Positions 34,201-47,386 of a stretch of DNA of 64,000 nt are shown here, in pieces (positions within the stretch are counted from its first letter, which is position 1; each line of letters begins with the position of its first letter). The DNA is taken from assembly GCA_965645245.1 (NCBI GenBank), contig OZ287088.1, forward strand, positions 496,001-560,000. Direction: 5' to 3'. The notes beneath the pieces are model-generated. The model searched no databases. It was given only the letters and a program-made list of their open reading frames with translations, and had not been told where the DNA came from. This DNA is from Massalongia carnosa (Eukaryota). A program made the position numbers and the translations under genes.

Positions 34201-36971
34201 TAGCTTCATTAATAAAGACATCATAATCACCCAATCCCAGTCTTAGGAACATTAGTTCAATCCCTAACCCAGTCCTTGACAATAGGCGATTTTTTAACGA
34301 ATTCTCGTGCATTGTGGCCGCCTTAACGACGCTACTAAAAGGGGGAAAGAAAGGAAAGTTCGATATTAAATTCTCATTCACCGAAGAAGCAAGAGAATCA
34401 TTTCGTCGTCTCAAGCATGCTTTTACCTCCGCTCCTATATTATTGTATTTTGACCCTAAGCGGAAAATACAATGAGAGACGGACGCCTCCGGAGTTGCGA
34501 TTTCAGCTATTTTATCACAATTGGTTGAATCGACGGGATAGTGGCATCCTATTGCTTTTTGGTCAAGAAAAATACATGCAGCCGAATTAAACTACGGTGT
34601 TGGCGAAACAGAAATGTTGGCCATTGTTGAAGCATGTAAGGAGTGGAGACATTATCTTGAGGGGGCGATACATTCAATTCGGGTAATAACCGATCATTGT
34701 AATCTTCGTACCTTTCTTACTACCAAAAATTAATCTAGACGAGAGGCGAGATTGTGGGAAAGACTTTCTAGTCTTGATCTCGTCATTGAATATCGTCCAG
34801 GTCGTCATAATCCAGCCGATAGACTCTCTAGACGCCCGGATTATATGGAAGAAAGGCACGACTTGTCTTATCAAGCCGGAGCTATAATTCCTGGAAGATT
34901 CGGGGGGGTCTCGGAGGGGAATCGGGGTGGGATAGAGGAGCTCATTACGTCAAATTAGACAATGGCCGTTGTGAATTGTGAATCTCAAGTAGCTGACGAT
35001 GCTATGGATTGGGAATCTACTATAAATGAATTATCAGACGGGGCAAATCGCGATTTGATGAGTCCACCCGTTGTCGACAAAAATTGTCGGAGTACTGCGC
35101 AGGCCCAACAAACCACTGAAGGAATTGGAATTGATTCGGCTGAAATTGTCGAAATTCCTGAAATTCTTGCGGTTGTTGGAAGAACTAAGGGGAAAAAATC
35201 AGGAAGTAGTTCCGATACCTCTCAGTTACACGAGAAATTGATTAATTTAAAATCTGTTGGACTCAAACTCGTGGAAACTTTGGATGAGAAGTTTGGAATT
35301 TCTCGGGAAGAGATAAAAAATGTTTCTGAGAAAGACTCGGCGTTTGGGGCCGCCCCAATAGAACTACGCACCGTTTTACAAATTCTGCAAGAGCCTGATC
35401 AACTAGTGCAGAAGAAACGGCCCTCCATCGCATCGTCGATAGAAGAGGGGTGGAATTCTATAGGACGACTACATGACGCGTCGAGGGATAAATCGGGGGG
35501 CAACGAAGACTCGTCAGGCTCTCAGCTCCAAGACGGGCGGGAGTCGGGGGGCGAAGTCGAATGAGACCTAGAAAAAACCCGATGGCACATAAAGGATAAT
35601 ATCCTATGCAGGGACAATAGGTGGTATATTCCCCCTGGTCTATTACGTGCTGAACTTTTGCGGCAGAATCATGATGATCCCAATGCGGGCCACTTTGGTT
35701 ATTCCAGAACGTTGGAATTGATCCAGAGGAAATATTATTGGCCCGAAATAGTCAAGGATATCAAGCATTATGTTGAAACGTGTACTCGTTGTCATCAAGT
35801 CAAATCGTCCAGACATAAGCCCATCGGGTTATTAGAATCCCTACCCGTACCAAAAGGGCCTAGACAAAATTGGACAATGGATTTCATAACGGATCTGCCC
35901 CCGAGTCTCCGCCGAACCGTGGCCTATGATGCAATTCTTGTCATGGTGGATCGGTATACGAAATATTCTCGATATATTCCCGCACGAAAGGACTGGAATG
36001 CTGAAATCATGGCTGACGTCCTAGTGGAAGAAATATTTACCAAATTCGGTATGCCAGTGTCTATTGTCTTGGATAGTGGTTGTTTATTCACCTCAAAGTA
36101 CTGGTCTCATTTCTGTTATCATTTGAGAATTCGACTCAGTTACAGTACAGCCTTTCATCCACAAACGGATGGTCAAACCGAGGGACAAAATCAGATACTG
36201 GAACAATATCTACGATGCTACGTCAATTATCAACAGGATGACTGGACTTACTGGTTACCCTTGACAGAATTCGCTTATAATATTAGCTTACATAGTGTCA
36301 TAAAAATGACCCCCTTCGAAGTTATATTTGGAGAAGCGCCCAAATGGGAAGACGAAATTCTGACTGAAAAGGGGTCCGAAGTTCCTGCTGCACGCGTCCT
36401 GGCCACTGACATAATAGACAAAAGAAAACACCTGGAGAAACTATTACAAACAGCTTCAAGTACCCAGGCTAAATATTATGATCAGAAACATATCCCCAAG
36501 ACGTATAATGTGGGTGATAAAGTCCTCCTGAATGCAAAAAATATTAAATCCACTCGTCCGTCCAAAAAACTGGACTACAAATATTACGGGCCATACGAAA
36601 TTGTCTCTCCCATAGGAAAACAGGCCTACAAACTCCAACTTTCTCCGTCATTGAAGGGTATTCATAATGTGTTCCATGTTTCCCTATTGGAACATTATAA
36701 ATATGACCCGAACAAAATATCTGAACCACCTCTACCCATAGAAGTAGAAGGGGAAGAACAATGGGAGGTAGAACAGGTGCTGGATAGTAGAATTCACTAT
36801 GGAAAACTCCAATATCTGGTGAAATGGATGGGATTTGGTGATACGGATAATCAATGGTTATCCGTCGAAGACATGGAAGGATCACAGGAATTAATTAATC
36901 CCTATCATAATCAATATCCGGAAAAGCCGTCCAGAACTCTTACGAGGAAGAAAAGAAAATCGAAGGCATGA
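31236..36971 (+). pseudogene. gag-pol of Gypsy 2 (disrupted)
   Basis: ORFs at 31305, 32360, 33007, 33484 and 35658 with CWNCGKKGHKKSDC, MIDCGS, YLDD, integrase and chromodomain. Confidence 0.9.
33844..34281. repeat. Solo LTR family B inside pol
   Basis: TGTCA..TGACA with ATAGG TSD. Removing it restores FANFYRRF. Confidence 0.92.
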
Positions 36972-38118
36972 ACCATTTCCATTGGAGTCGAATGATCCAG
37001 AATCAGACTGCTATCTACCACACCACAACCACCTTCTCTCACCCCTTCACACCCTTTTCAATTACCAAAATATCCTCCCCTGGAGGGGGTCCAACCTCTA
37101 ATCCTGCCTAAAAGTGTCAAATGATTAAATTAATTCGACACTAGACCTCCCCTAAGAGATGAACCACCGAGCAGCGGAAATTGACTGGAACCTACCCAAA
37201 TTAGATCAAATTTTCCTAATAGAGCTCCACCTACGGAGAACATTTATCCTTCTTCCGGCGACACTCCCCACACTTCCCCGACTCCTCGGACCACTCACAG
37301 GCGACAGGGTCGCCCCCAAGGATCTGCTTGGCACACCGGAGGCAAACGCTTACCTCCGGGGTAGGCCCCACCCAAATGGGCGGGTGGAGGAGCGGAAAAG
37401 GGGGAGGCAGAGGGGAACCGCCACGAACCGGGGCGGAAACGGGTGGCGCGGCGGGGGGAAACCAAAACACCCAGGAAAACATGGTCCTGCGGACCAGGAG
37501 TGGTAGGGCGGCGGGGGCAAGGAGGGGGGGAAACGGCCGGGTGGGACCGCTTGGCCCGCGATGAACGGGCAGAAACCGGAACAACACGCCGAGGTTGTTT
37601 AGACCTCGACATGAGAGTTGATGATGGAGTGGTTGATGGTAAAGTGATGAAAGATTGATGAAAATATGGAGTACGGAGTTGGGTGAGGTGATGTTTGAAG
37701 AGAAAGAAACAACGAACCCTACCTGTTGATATGAAAAGAAAGAAGAGACTAAGCCCAAAAAAGTTGGCACCGCCAGCAAGGTACGCTCAACAACAACGAA
37801 GGGTTAAGACTGATGAGACGTCAACAGAACAATAAGAAAGAGTTGAGACTTGGACTCATGACAGCAAGCATGACTTCTAGACTGAACACGGATAACGTGT
37901 GTCTGAAGATGCTATCCCTAGTACTCGGGCAGTACCCGGAATCACATGCGATATGAAGTTATACAGAACTTTCACATCGGGCTCCTGAGGACATGAGCCC
38001 TAGAAGGAGGGGTAATGTCAGGTCACGCACGTCCTGACATAAGCGAATCGGTAGTTATAACCGATCTCCGATCTCTGACTAGGACACGGCTCATGTTCGT
38101 AATCTTCTTTTCATTGTA

Positions 38119-39442
38119 CAAATCGGGTCTAGGAAGTCAGCAAACACTTCGCTTAATTTCCCCTCATCTAAATTCCCCTCTTACTTCACCCTCCCCTTTC
38201 TCCATCAATTTTCATCTGATCAACGAAATGCCTTCCAAACCCAAGACGGCCAGACGTGAACATTCGTCTGAAACCATTGCTATCGTTGTAGCTCTTCATG
38301 AAGTCCACTATTCCTATGCTGAAATAGCCCGTCAAGTTCGGCTGGCCCGTTCCACCGTGGTCACCATAGTTCATAGAGCTAAGAGACAAGCCGACGCCTC
38401 TTCCGTTCCCAAAAAACGTACTGGTCGGCCAACCAAGCTAAATGTCCGTGCCAGACGGGCATTGATTCGCCATGTTGAGAAAAATCCACACGATAATTTT
38501 CTGGCCCTGACTACCCCTTCCAAATCGGGTCAAAAGCTCTCTCGCGTCACCGTACGAAAATATCTGAAGCTCGGTGGCTATTTCCGTTTCAGGGCTAGAA
38601 AAAAGCCGTTTCTATCAGCACGTCACAAAGCAATCAGGCTAAAATGGGGCAAGGAGCATAAGCATTGGACGGTAGGAGATTGGGGCCGAGTTATATGGAC
38701 AGATGAAGCTACGTTTGAAACTGGTTTAGACACTCGCTCGTGCTACGTCACGAGACGAAAAGGCACGGCCATGGAGTCTAGATATCTGAAGCCTACATTC
38801 AAAAGCGGACGAAGCACTGTGAGCATCTGGGCTAGCATATGATTGGGTGAAAAAGGCCCTATACTCGTTTTGAATAAGGGGAGACGAATGAATTCAGATA
38901 TCTACATTGACGAGGTGTAAGGCCTTTAGGGCTCTCGTTTTATGAAGCATGCTTGACTAGGCGAGGTTTGACAATCTGGATGGATGACGGAGCCAGCTAT
39001 CATACTTCGAAAAAGGTGATTGATTGGGGGAGACGAAACGGGCTTTTACGCATGGATTGGCCACCTCAGTCACCCGATTTGAATCCCATTGAGAATCTCT
39101 GGCGTATTATCAAAATACGGGTCAGTGCCCGTCGTCACCAAATCCATACAATTGAGGCCATGGAGCAGGCTATTCGGGAGGAATGGGAGCTGTTGACTGA
39201 GGAGGACTTCAGACGGTGCATTGAGAGCATGCCTGAGCGTATTCGCTTTCTTATTAAGGCTAAAGGGGGTTCTATTAAATACTGATGATTTAATCTTCTT
39301 CAGCATACAGTATTTGACGAAATATGAAGGTTTCAAAGCATCAAGTTGGAAATTGATTGATTGGGGTGATTTTCATCATTAGGGGTGAGGGGTAAAATGG
39401 GGGTGGAACGTGCGCTGTTCGGTCACTTCCTAGACCCGACTG
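38119..39442 (+). mobile_element. Tc1 element inside the 3' LTR of Gypsy 2
   Basis: TIR ..TCGGGTCTAGGAAGT, TA TSD. Transposase 38228-39285 (WTDEA, DDGASYH, SPDLNPIE) with stops. Confidence 0.92.
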
Positions 39443-41399
39443 TACCAATCATAATCACTGTAATTAAATCAACGGACTGGTGACCCTAAGAAGTGGGGCT
39501 ATAGGATAAAGACCTGATCGCCCACTTCTTTCGAGGGGTCACTGATCAATTTATTGATTTACCACTCTCTATTCGTACATTTATTACGAATCCATATAGT
39601 AGTCACACTTTTAGACTTGACCCCTTACAATCCCAATGAGATTGACGACCAACGATTTGCTTTGGAACTTGCCAGCAGTTCTCAATTGGCGAAAGATCGG
39701 GAGAATAAGAGCAGTTGAAATAGAATTTTAATTGATGCTCGTCTTTCCATCTTCGTACGTCGTTGTCTTTTCCTGAACCATGCCCGGAATCTCTATCCTC
39801 TTCCATTATAAAATCATCACCTCTTTCCAGCCATGACTTAACTACGGGCTCCAAAATGGAGTCAATATACACCCTTTGACTCATCTTTCCATTGGAATTT
39901 CCGGGAACTTCGTAAAATATGAGCTCTGATTTGAAGTTCCAACCCACAGCGGCCCAGCAATAATATCGTTTCTGTTTTTTGTCCTTTTCTTCCGGTTGAT
40001 GCTGTTCCTGAATACAATCGTCACACGTACGCTGACCAGGTTTACGTATGATGCATAGCTTTCGCTGTGGACCACGACCGAAATGTACCTCATCAGAAAA
40101 TCGTACTTTCTTCCAGTCATTGAGCGAATATGTGTGTCTTTTTTCCCAAGCCCAGGCACGACGTGTGTTCATTAAATTCTCGGGAACGTAGGTCTTGATG
40201 CATGCGAGGTATTTGTGATAATTTCGCTTGTTCATGGCCCTCTGAATCGTACGCCATAAAACGGAGGGGGCCTCAGCAGCTACAGCCAATTGAGTCCAGG
40301 TCATTGCTCTTCCCTCCAAGCCCCACGTTTGTAATATCTTATCCATACGATCAATACTTTCGTCTGAAAGCTTATGATGATGACCACGAGACTCCAATTT
40401 ATCAGCGTTGTGAGCGCGACGACTGTTGTTCGTGTTTTTAAGCATAGCATAACCTCGAGTCCTTCCCACGCCAGAAAAATCGAAAACATCCTGCTTGCTG
40501 TGCAGAATTCCCTTCGCCTGAGCATATTCTATAGCCCCCTGAACTTTAGCTTTAGTGGGAGTAGTAAAATCACCATATTTAGTAGAATTGGAGGCTGAAT
40601 TAAGCTCAATTATTATAAATGTAGAGGTTAGAAAGGTTGAGTAGCAAGCGAAAATTTTGGTGTTCGCGTTTTTTTGTCACCCGCGTGCCAGTCAAGCGAG
40701 ACGCGATACTTCTTAGGCGAGTTACCCTATCCCGTGACTACATGACACTATCCCCCCTGACGTCTCGGAGTCGTGAATAATCACTTATTCATAGCTAAGC
40801 CTCATCAGGTTCATCTACGGTTTCCGTAGATGGTCTGACGTTATCGATCGTCTGATGCATTCCGGTGATGTCCTCTGGCACCTTCGGTTTTCGAGGAGGT
40901 TCTTTATGATATTGCAGAAACTTTTCGATAGACTTTCTGAAGTCGGTCCATGGTTGCCAAGGTGGGTTGGCGTTCCATTCGTCCCAATTTCCAATATATA
41001 TGGCCTTATACTGTACCCCAAATTTCCTTGTCTCTCGACAGTCCACTATCTCTAAGATTTCCCACTCTTCATGTGTTGCCTCCATATCGTTCTCGGTGAT
41101 CAAGACAGGTTGGCCGGGAGGCAGTACTTGCCCTGGGAATGGATTGGACGGAGCGAGATGTAACTTCCATGGAGGAAATATTGGGGTGAGTCCCACATTC
41201 TTTAAATGCTGTGGTATGTCAAGCTCATATGCCTTGTATCGATTATCCTCACAATTTTCCAGGGACCAATGTTTTTAAACCCGAGGGAGCGACTTGGACG
41301 CTCTGATGCGAAATGTTTAGCATTAACGTACACTAAATCGCCCACTTTGTATTCTGGGTGCGGTTGACGATCTTCGTTAGCATGTCGTGTTTGTTCTCC

Positions 41400-41654
41400 T
41401 ATGAAGTATAAATTCACTTTGTAGATATAGTAGCATGATTGTCATTGAAGGTGATTATCTATGTAGGCTATTTGTCTGCTTTATATAGCAGTCACAAAAC
41501 AGTCACATCTAGGAGCCTAAATTGTCAGATCTTGTCCCCCTGATGGTCAGACCTTGTCTCCGATCTCTGCTTGTTTAGGCACTTTGCAAGGCACCTCCCT
41601 AGGCTCATGATAGATGCCCATGATAATGGTGGCCTCATCATCTAACATCCAACA
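41400..41654. repeat. Solo LTR family C
   Basis: Matches 17444-17784. Interrupts WAQ|EEQTRH. Imperfect CTTCC TSD. Confidence 0.82.
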
Positions 41655-44600
41655 CTTCCTGGGCCCATGTTAGCTGATTTCTTAACCACTCTCACATTGC
41701 TTCCTGGCGAGCGACTATTTTGTCAGCATGAAGTATCTCGGCTTTTCCCTTTTCTTCATATGTTCCTGGAGGCTCTATTCCCGAACGAGGATGAAAGCCG
41801 TGATCTACGAAGAATGGTGTCATTCCTATCGAAACATTAACATGATTGTTGACGGCGAACTCGGCATCTGAAAGATAGTCGACCCAGTTGTCCTGAGCAT
41901 AATCGATGTATGATCGAAGGTAGTTCTTCATTTCTTTATTTGCATTCTCAATTTGACCACCCGTTTCTGGATGATGCGCTGAAGAGAACTTTATCTTTAC
42001 TCCGTATCTTTCACAAATTCTTTTCCACAGATGAGCAGTCAGCTGACTGCCTCGATCGTTTACCGTTGACAATGGAAAGCCATACGAGGAGAAGAGTCGT
42101 CGAGACATGGCGTCCATTAATTCGTCGGTGGAGAGTGACGTAAGCGGTTCGTATAATCGTCTTTTGGTTAGACGGTCTACTATCACTAATATTTGTTGAT
42201 ACACTCTATTCCATCGCCGACATTCCGGCAAAAACTCCACAAAATCTAAAGACACGTCTATCCATTTTCTGTTCTGTATGGGTAGAGGATTCAGTAAGCC
42301 CTGTTTCTTGACATTGTATGATTTTGACCTTCGACAAATGGAGTAGTTCACTGCGTATCTTTTGCAGTGATCTTTCCTGTCGAACCAGAAGTAGTTTTCC
42401 ATCAGTAACTGATGCATGCGTCTATATCCCGGGTGTCCTTGCAGAGGAGGTTCCTGATGTTTCTGCAACAGACATAATTGAAGGGGTTCATGGTCTGGGA
42501 CATACGGCCTTTCTTTGAAATATAGTCTTTCATCTTTCACTTTGAGATCCCCCATGGCTAATTTGATCCTTTCTTTATAAGATGCGATGGAAGCTTACGA
42601 AGTTCTCGTGTTTTGGCAGGGATTATGTCTTGAACCACTTCATCTTTTTCATAAGCTTCTTCAATTAGTTCTTCTAGTTTTGCTGATGGATCTTCTTCCG
42701 AATTGTCGCCTAGTTCTTTCACCGGATTTTCATCTAGAATCTGACTCTGAGCCTCTTTTTCGGCCTCGATGTCCTGAGTTTCTTCAGTGTCCTCAATGTC
42801 TTAGGGTTCTTCAGCTTTTTCGTCAGTGTCATGTGTTCTTGTGTTTGCACAGAAGATTACTGATAAAGCCTTCTTTACGTCATCGTCCAGTTGATGCTCC
42901 TGTAGCAATGTCTGGAATTGATGTTGTTGTCGAGAGTCGTCAAACTCTTTTGGCAGATCTTGAGAACGTCGATTAAGTGTGTCCGGCTTTTCGCCTTGTC
43001 TGCCCGGTCGATATATGATTTTGAAATTGAACTCAGAAAGGAATTCAGCCCATCGGGCCTGTCTGCGGTTCAGTTGCTTTGTCGTCATAAAGTGTTCCAT
43101 GTTTTTATGATCAGTATAAAATTTGATTGGCTGGTCAGGCGCAGCACTTGCTACCTCGGGCCGCCAGACCTCGAAGCTCTTTATGATAGCGAGGAGTTCC
43201 TTATCATATAATTGCATTCAGCCGGTATCATCATCTTGGAGAAATATGCTACTGGTCTGAGCACTCCGTCATGCATCTGAGAAAAGACTCCGGCAGTGAC
43301 GACGAAACCCGGAGAGTCTGTTTCTATCCATGTCTCTAGAGAAGGATCTTAGTGCGCTAACACTAGTGCAGTAGTGAAAGCCTCTTTCAAATCTTCGATG
43401 GCTTTTTAACAATCTTCGGTCCAGATGAACATGTTATATTGGGTTCTCTACTTGCCCGACTTGGTCGTTATTTGTTCCCCTTTTGTTAATTCCGTCAGAG
43501 ACCTTGTACGCTGAGAGAACCTTGATATGAATCGTCGATAGAAGTTTGCAAAGCCTAGAAAAGCTTGCACGCCCTTCACGGACTCCGGAGTTTCCCATTT
43601 CAAAATCACTTCAATCTTCTTGGATGTATTCCTTCAGTGGTGACTATAAGTCCGAGGTACTTTACTTTAGTCACCGAGAATTCACATTTGTCAATGTCAA
43701 CTTGGAGTCCTCGTTCCCCCAAGCGTTTAAGAACCTTCAAGACGTGATCTGGATATTCTTCCTTATTATCACTGTAGATCAAGACGTCATCCAGATAAGC
43801 AGTATAAAAGTTGTCTAAATACTCCCGAACAGAATTATTTATATAACTCTGAAAAGTCCCTGGAGCATTGCATAAACCGAAAAGCATGACCAGATATTCG
43901 AACTGGCCATATCTTGTGTTAAAAGCGGTAAGCAATTCATGTCCTTCTTTTACTCGAAGACGAATTAATGCCGTAATAACGTCTAGTTTCGTGGAGTGTT
44001 TTCCGAGCGTCTCATTAATTAGGGGAATAGGATATCAATTCTTTACTGTGATGGCGTTCAAGGCTCGATAGTCCACACAAAATCTCAGTCCACCACCTGG
44101 TTTTCGAACTAGAAGGACTGGAGCAGCTGCTGTCGACGAAGTAGGACGAATGAATCCTTTCCCATATGTTCGTCAATATACTTCTTGACAGCTTCCAACT
44201 CCTATTCTGACATAGGCTTATAGTTCCTGACATAAGGGGGTTTTTTTCCGTCCATGAGGTTGATCTCGTGATTCTCCTTACGATGTTCCGGTAGTTCGTC
44301 TGCTTTAGGCTTCATAAAGACTTCTATTATGCTATGATACTCTGAGTGAATTTTCTTCAACAATTCCTCGCGGGAGTACTCGGGTTTGCCGTTCGTAAAC
44401 TTGTCATAATCCTTTGAGGTGACGGCCCCAGTGGTTGTGGCACAGAAGGTCTTATGTTCTCGGGGAGTCCATAAGTATCCCTCGTGATCTTTCTTCCTAA
44501 CTATCCGAAAGAAATGTTTCGCATTGACCGGAAGGAGTTCGATATCGTCTTTTGTTCCTATCCTATTCTTTGCCCTACTTCCCACAGCAAATTCGTGCAG

Positions 44601-45127
44601 GTTATTCCACGCGAAAGGCATCCCCTTTCCAAGCAATCGTAGAGTTAAACTTCATAGTTCGCTCTTTCCAGTCAATGCTGGGGTTGTGAGTTTGTAGCCA
44701 CCCATCCCCTAGAATAATCGCATACTCGTCCAGTTTCGCTACATAGCAAAGGACTTGTTCTTGATGATCCCCGATTTTGACGTCGGCTAGGGCGGTCCTC
44801 GTGAGAAGTTGGGCAACCTCTCCATTTCCAAGGGTCAGTTTAACCCCCGTTTCTAATTTAGAGGTGTTCAGTTTATTTACACGCGCGAAGGATTCATCAA
44901 TGAGCTCAGCCTCACTTCGATTATCAACAAGTAAACGAGTTTTAATTCCAGCTATGATAGTTTTAATTACTAGATGCTTGCTCTCGATCTTCTTTTCAGT
45001 ATCGAGAACAGCACAACTAAAGACCCTTACTGTCTTCATTTCAGCGCTAACAATTTCACAAATGACATCTTTCTTAAGCCGTCCTTGATCGCGATTTTGA
45101 TCAAGGACTAAGCTTTTCCCGACTCGG

Positions 45128-45426
45128 TGTGAGGCGAAGTACGAACAGTGTGACTATATGGCTCTACAGTAGTGGTAGGACAATAGAATAGGAGTCGCTA
45201 TGGAACAGCAGTAGGTGGAGTATAATCAATAGATTGATCAGTGGCCCTCCGAAAGAGGTGGGCGAAGGGCTGTTTATCCTATAGCCCCACCTTGATCAGG
45301 CCACGTTCGTCAAACTAATTGCTATTACATGATTGGACCGGTTGAGACTATCGCATGGGTGTCTTCCCGCGCACCCCCTGCAGAAGTGTGCGACCGCTTC
45401 CTGTCTTATAGAAAGCTGTCCTGACA
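45128..45426. repeat. Solo LTR family F
   Basis: TGTGA..TGACA with CTCGG TSD at the end of gag. Confidence 0.92.
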
Positions 45427-47386
45427 CTCGGAGTCAGAGTCTATCTCAACACTTCATGTAGTGTTAAGCTTTTTTTCTTTAAATTGAGGGCAGATCAAGT
45501 CGTTTCCTCGATGACCTGACCCCTGACATGCCCAACAGCGTCCCTGACGCGCTAATATCTCTCGCTCTTCCTTCTCCAACTTTTTGGGGTTGGGGTCAGG
45601 ATCGTACCAACCCCTATCCAAACAGCGGGTTTGACTATCGTGGCGCTGAACTTGGAGTTTGGATGATCACCCGACTTCTTCTCTTTTGAACTCGATTGAC
45701 GAGAATCGGAAATGGAGGTGTGTCTACTCGAGGACTTGTATTTGCGACCAGAGTTCTTTAACGGACCAGACTTCTCTAGCCGAGGAAAGTAGTGAGCGAC
45801 ATCCTTGCGTCGATCTTCGATTCTCCTAGCTTCGTCGAGCAAGCGACGAAAGTCGGTGAAAACTGAACCCATCAGTGAATTAGAGATGCTTGACTTCAAT
45901 GTTACAAGAAACTTCTCTATCCTCTCGTCGATGGGGGTTTTGGCCTTTTGCCAAAGCTTAAAAATTCGATGATAGTACTCGCTTAGACTTTCACCACTTT
46001 TCATTGTGATAGTGATGAGTTCTTTCTTGGCATCTCGACTCTGGAGATGTATGCCCATACAATGTTCGATCTCGTCGAACAGAGCGTCAATGGTGAGAGA
46101 GTCGCCCATGTCGGCGACCCAGGAGTGCATAGCCCCAAAGATAGGCGCTACCATTTGCGATAGAGTCTAACTGACCTTTTCGCCCTCGTTGGCGTAAAGC
46201 GGAGAATCGGTCTTAAGCTTGTTTCGGACTGAGTATTGCCAAGGACTATATTCCTCAGCGTCTTCCCCTTTCAGAGGCTTGCTGGGGTGAATGCCACGTG
46301 GACACCAGTTCTGGGGATTTATAGTGGTGCTATGGGTTGTAGTAGTGCCCTCCCGTTGGCCACGAGAGGGGCCGGGAGCTGCCAGCAGTCGCTCAAGTTT
46401 CTCCTTCTCTTTCTGTAAGTCCTGTTGGGCCCGGAGGGCTTCTTCCAACTCAAATTTCTTTATGCGAAAGCTCTTCCTGAGCAAGAAGGATTTGGTCTTC
46501 ATCCTTTTCGTCAGCGAAATGGTCATTAATCTGCTTATATTGTTCTAAATGCTTCTTGGTCGTGATAAGCTTCTCATGAAACGCGAAGCTTTTTTCGTAC
46601 ATTGTTTTGTCGTAGAGAATTGCTCTGGACAAAAATTCATACCAACGAGGACCTTCGTTCTCGTCTAGGACGGCATTACGGAAGTCTTCTAGGTTGCGAA
46701 TTTTGTATCGCGCGGGATGTTTCCGAGTTTCCCGTTCGTAGTATAAATGTTCCGAGATGTCAATTTTGCGATCTCTTTTCCTGACCCAGCCTTCGGGGTC
46801 TTTTCTAGTGTACATTCTATCGCGTCTCCCATCTGCTCACCAGGCATAGAGTCTTCGAACGTCCCTGGCATACTATCAGAGCGAGTCGAATGACGGGACA
46901 TGGAACGGGCGCGATTGTTGGAAAGCCAGCTAGATCATATCTGACGTAATATACGAATGCCCTCGCGTACATCTGAGAATTTCTGGTATCTTCGATGCTT
47001 AGAAATTCAGGTCTACCCTCTCGCTGGTGAATTGGCACCCCCTCCCGCACTAAATGTTAGTCGCATAGTATTAGTAAGCAAGAACATCAAAATTTGTTTA
47101 CTTTCTACCTCAAAATATCACCATTATTATCATTAGAAAAATAAATATCCTTACCATCAACTGCTTCAAACATCATATTATATTTTATTCAGGGTCATGG
47201 GACTAAAAGAAGAAGAAATTCCAAGTGTTTCAGACAAATCCCCCGTTTCAGCAAAGCAACATAATAGGATAAATAGCAAACGCAATTTTAAAAGCATCTT
47301 GACTGACATTCCTCCTCTTTCGAGTTACAAACCTATTTCAATTGACGATAGACCTCCAAGATCGCGGGTGAATGTTCTTGTTAATA

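Larger units (their letters stand above)
30908..39629 (+). mobile_element. Ty3/Gypsy chromovirus 2, complete with TSD (LTRs 30908-31195 and 38016-39629)
   Basis: ATCCC TSD. PPT AGAAGGAGGGGTAA. gag CCHC, GGGAAAA slippery site at 32324, PR-RT-RH-IN-CHD. Confidence 0.95.
30668..40706 (-). mobile_element. Tc1/mariner element split by Gypsy 2
   Basis: Inverted CACGCGGGTGACA..CAAAATTTTCGCTTGCTA at both ends. Transposase 40469-39630 (FSDEVH, EEDRDSGH, SPDLSPIEN) continues at 30907. Confidence 0.85.
40795..46901 (-). pseudogene. gag-pol of Gypsy 3 (heavily disrupted)
   Basis: Consecutive fragments: gag, PR (LLVDNRSE), RT (YLDD), RH (YDKELLAI), IN, chromodomain. Confidence 0.9.
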
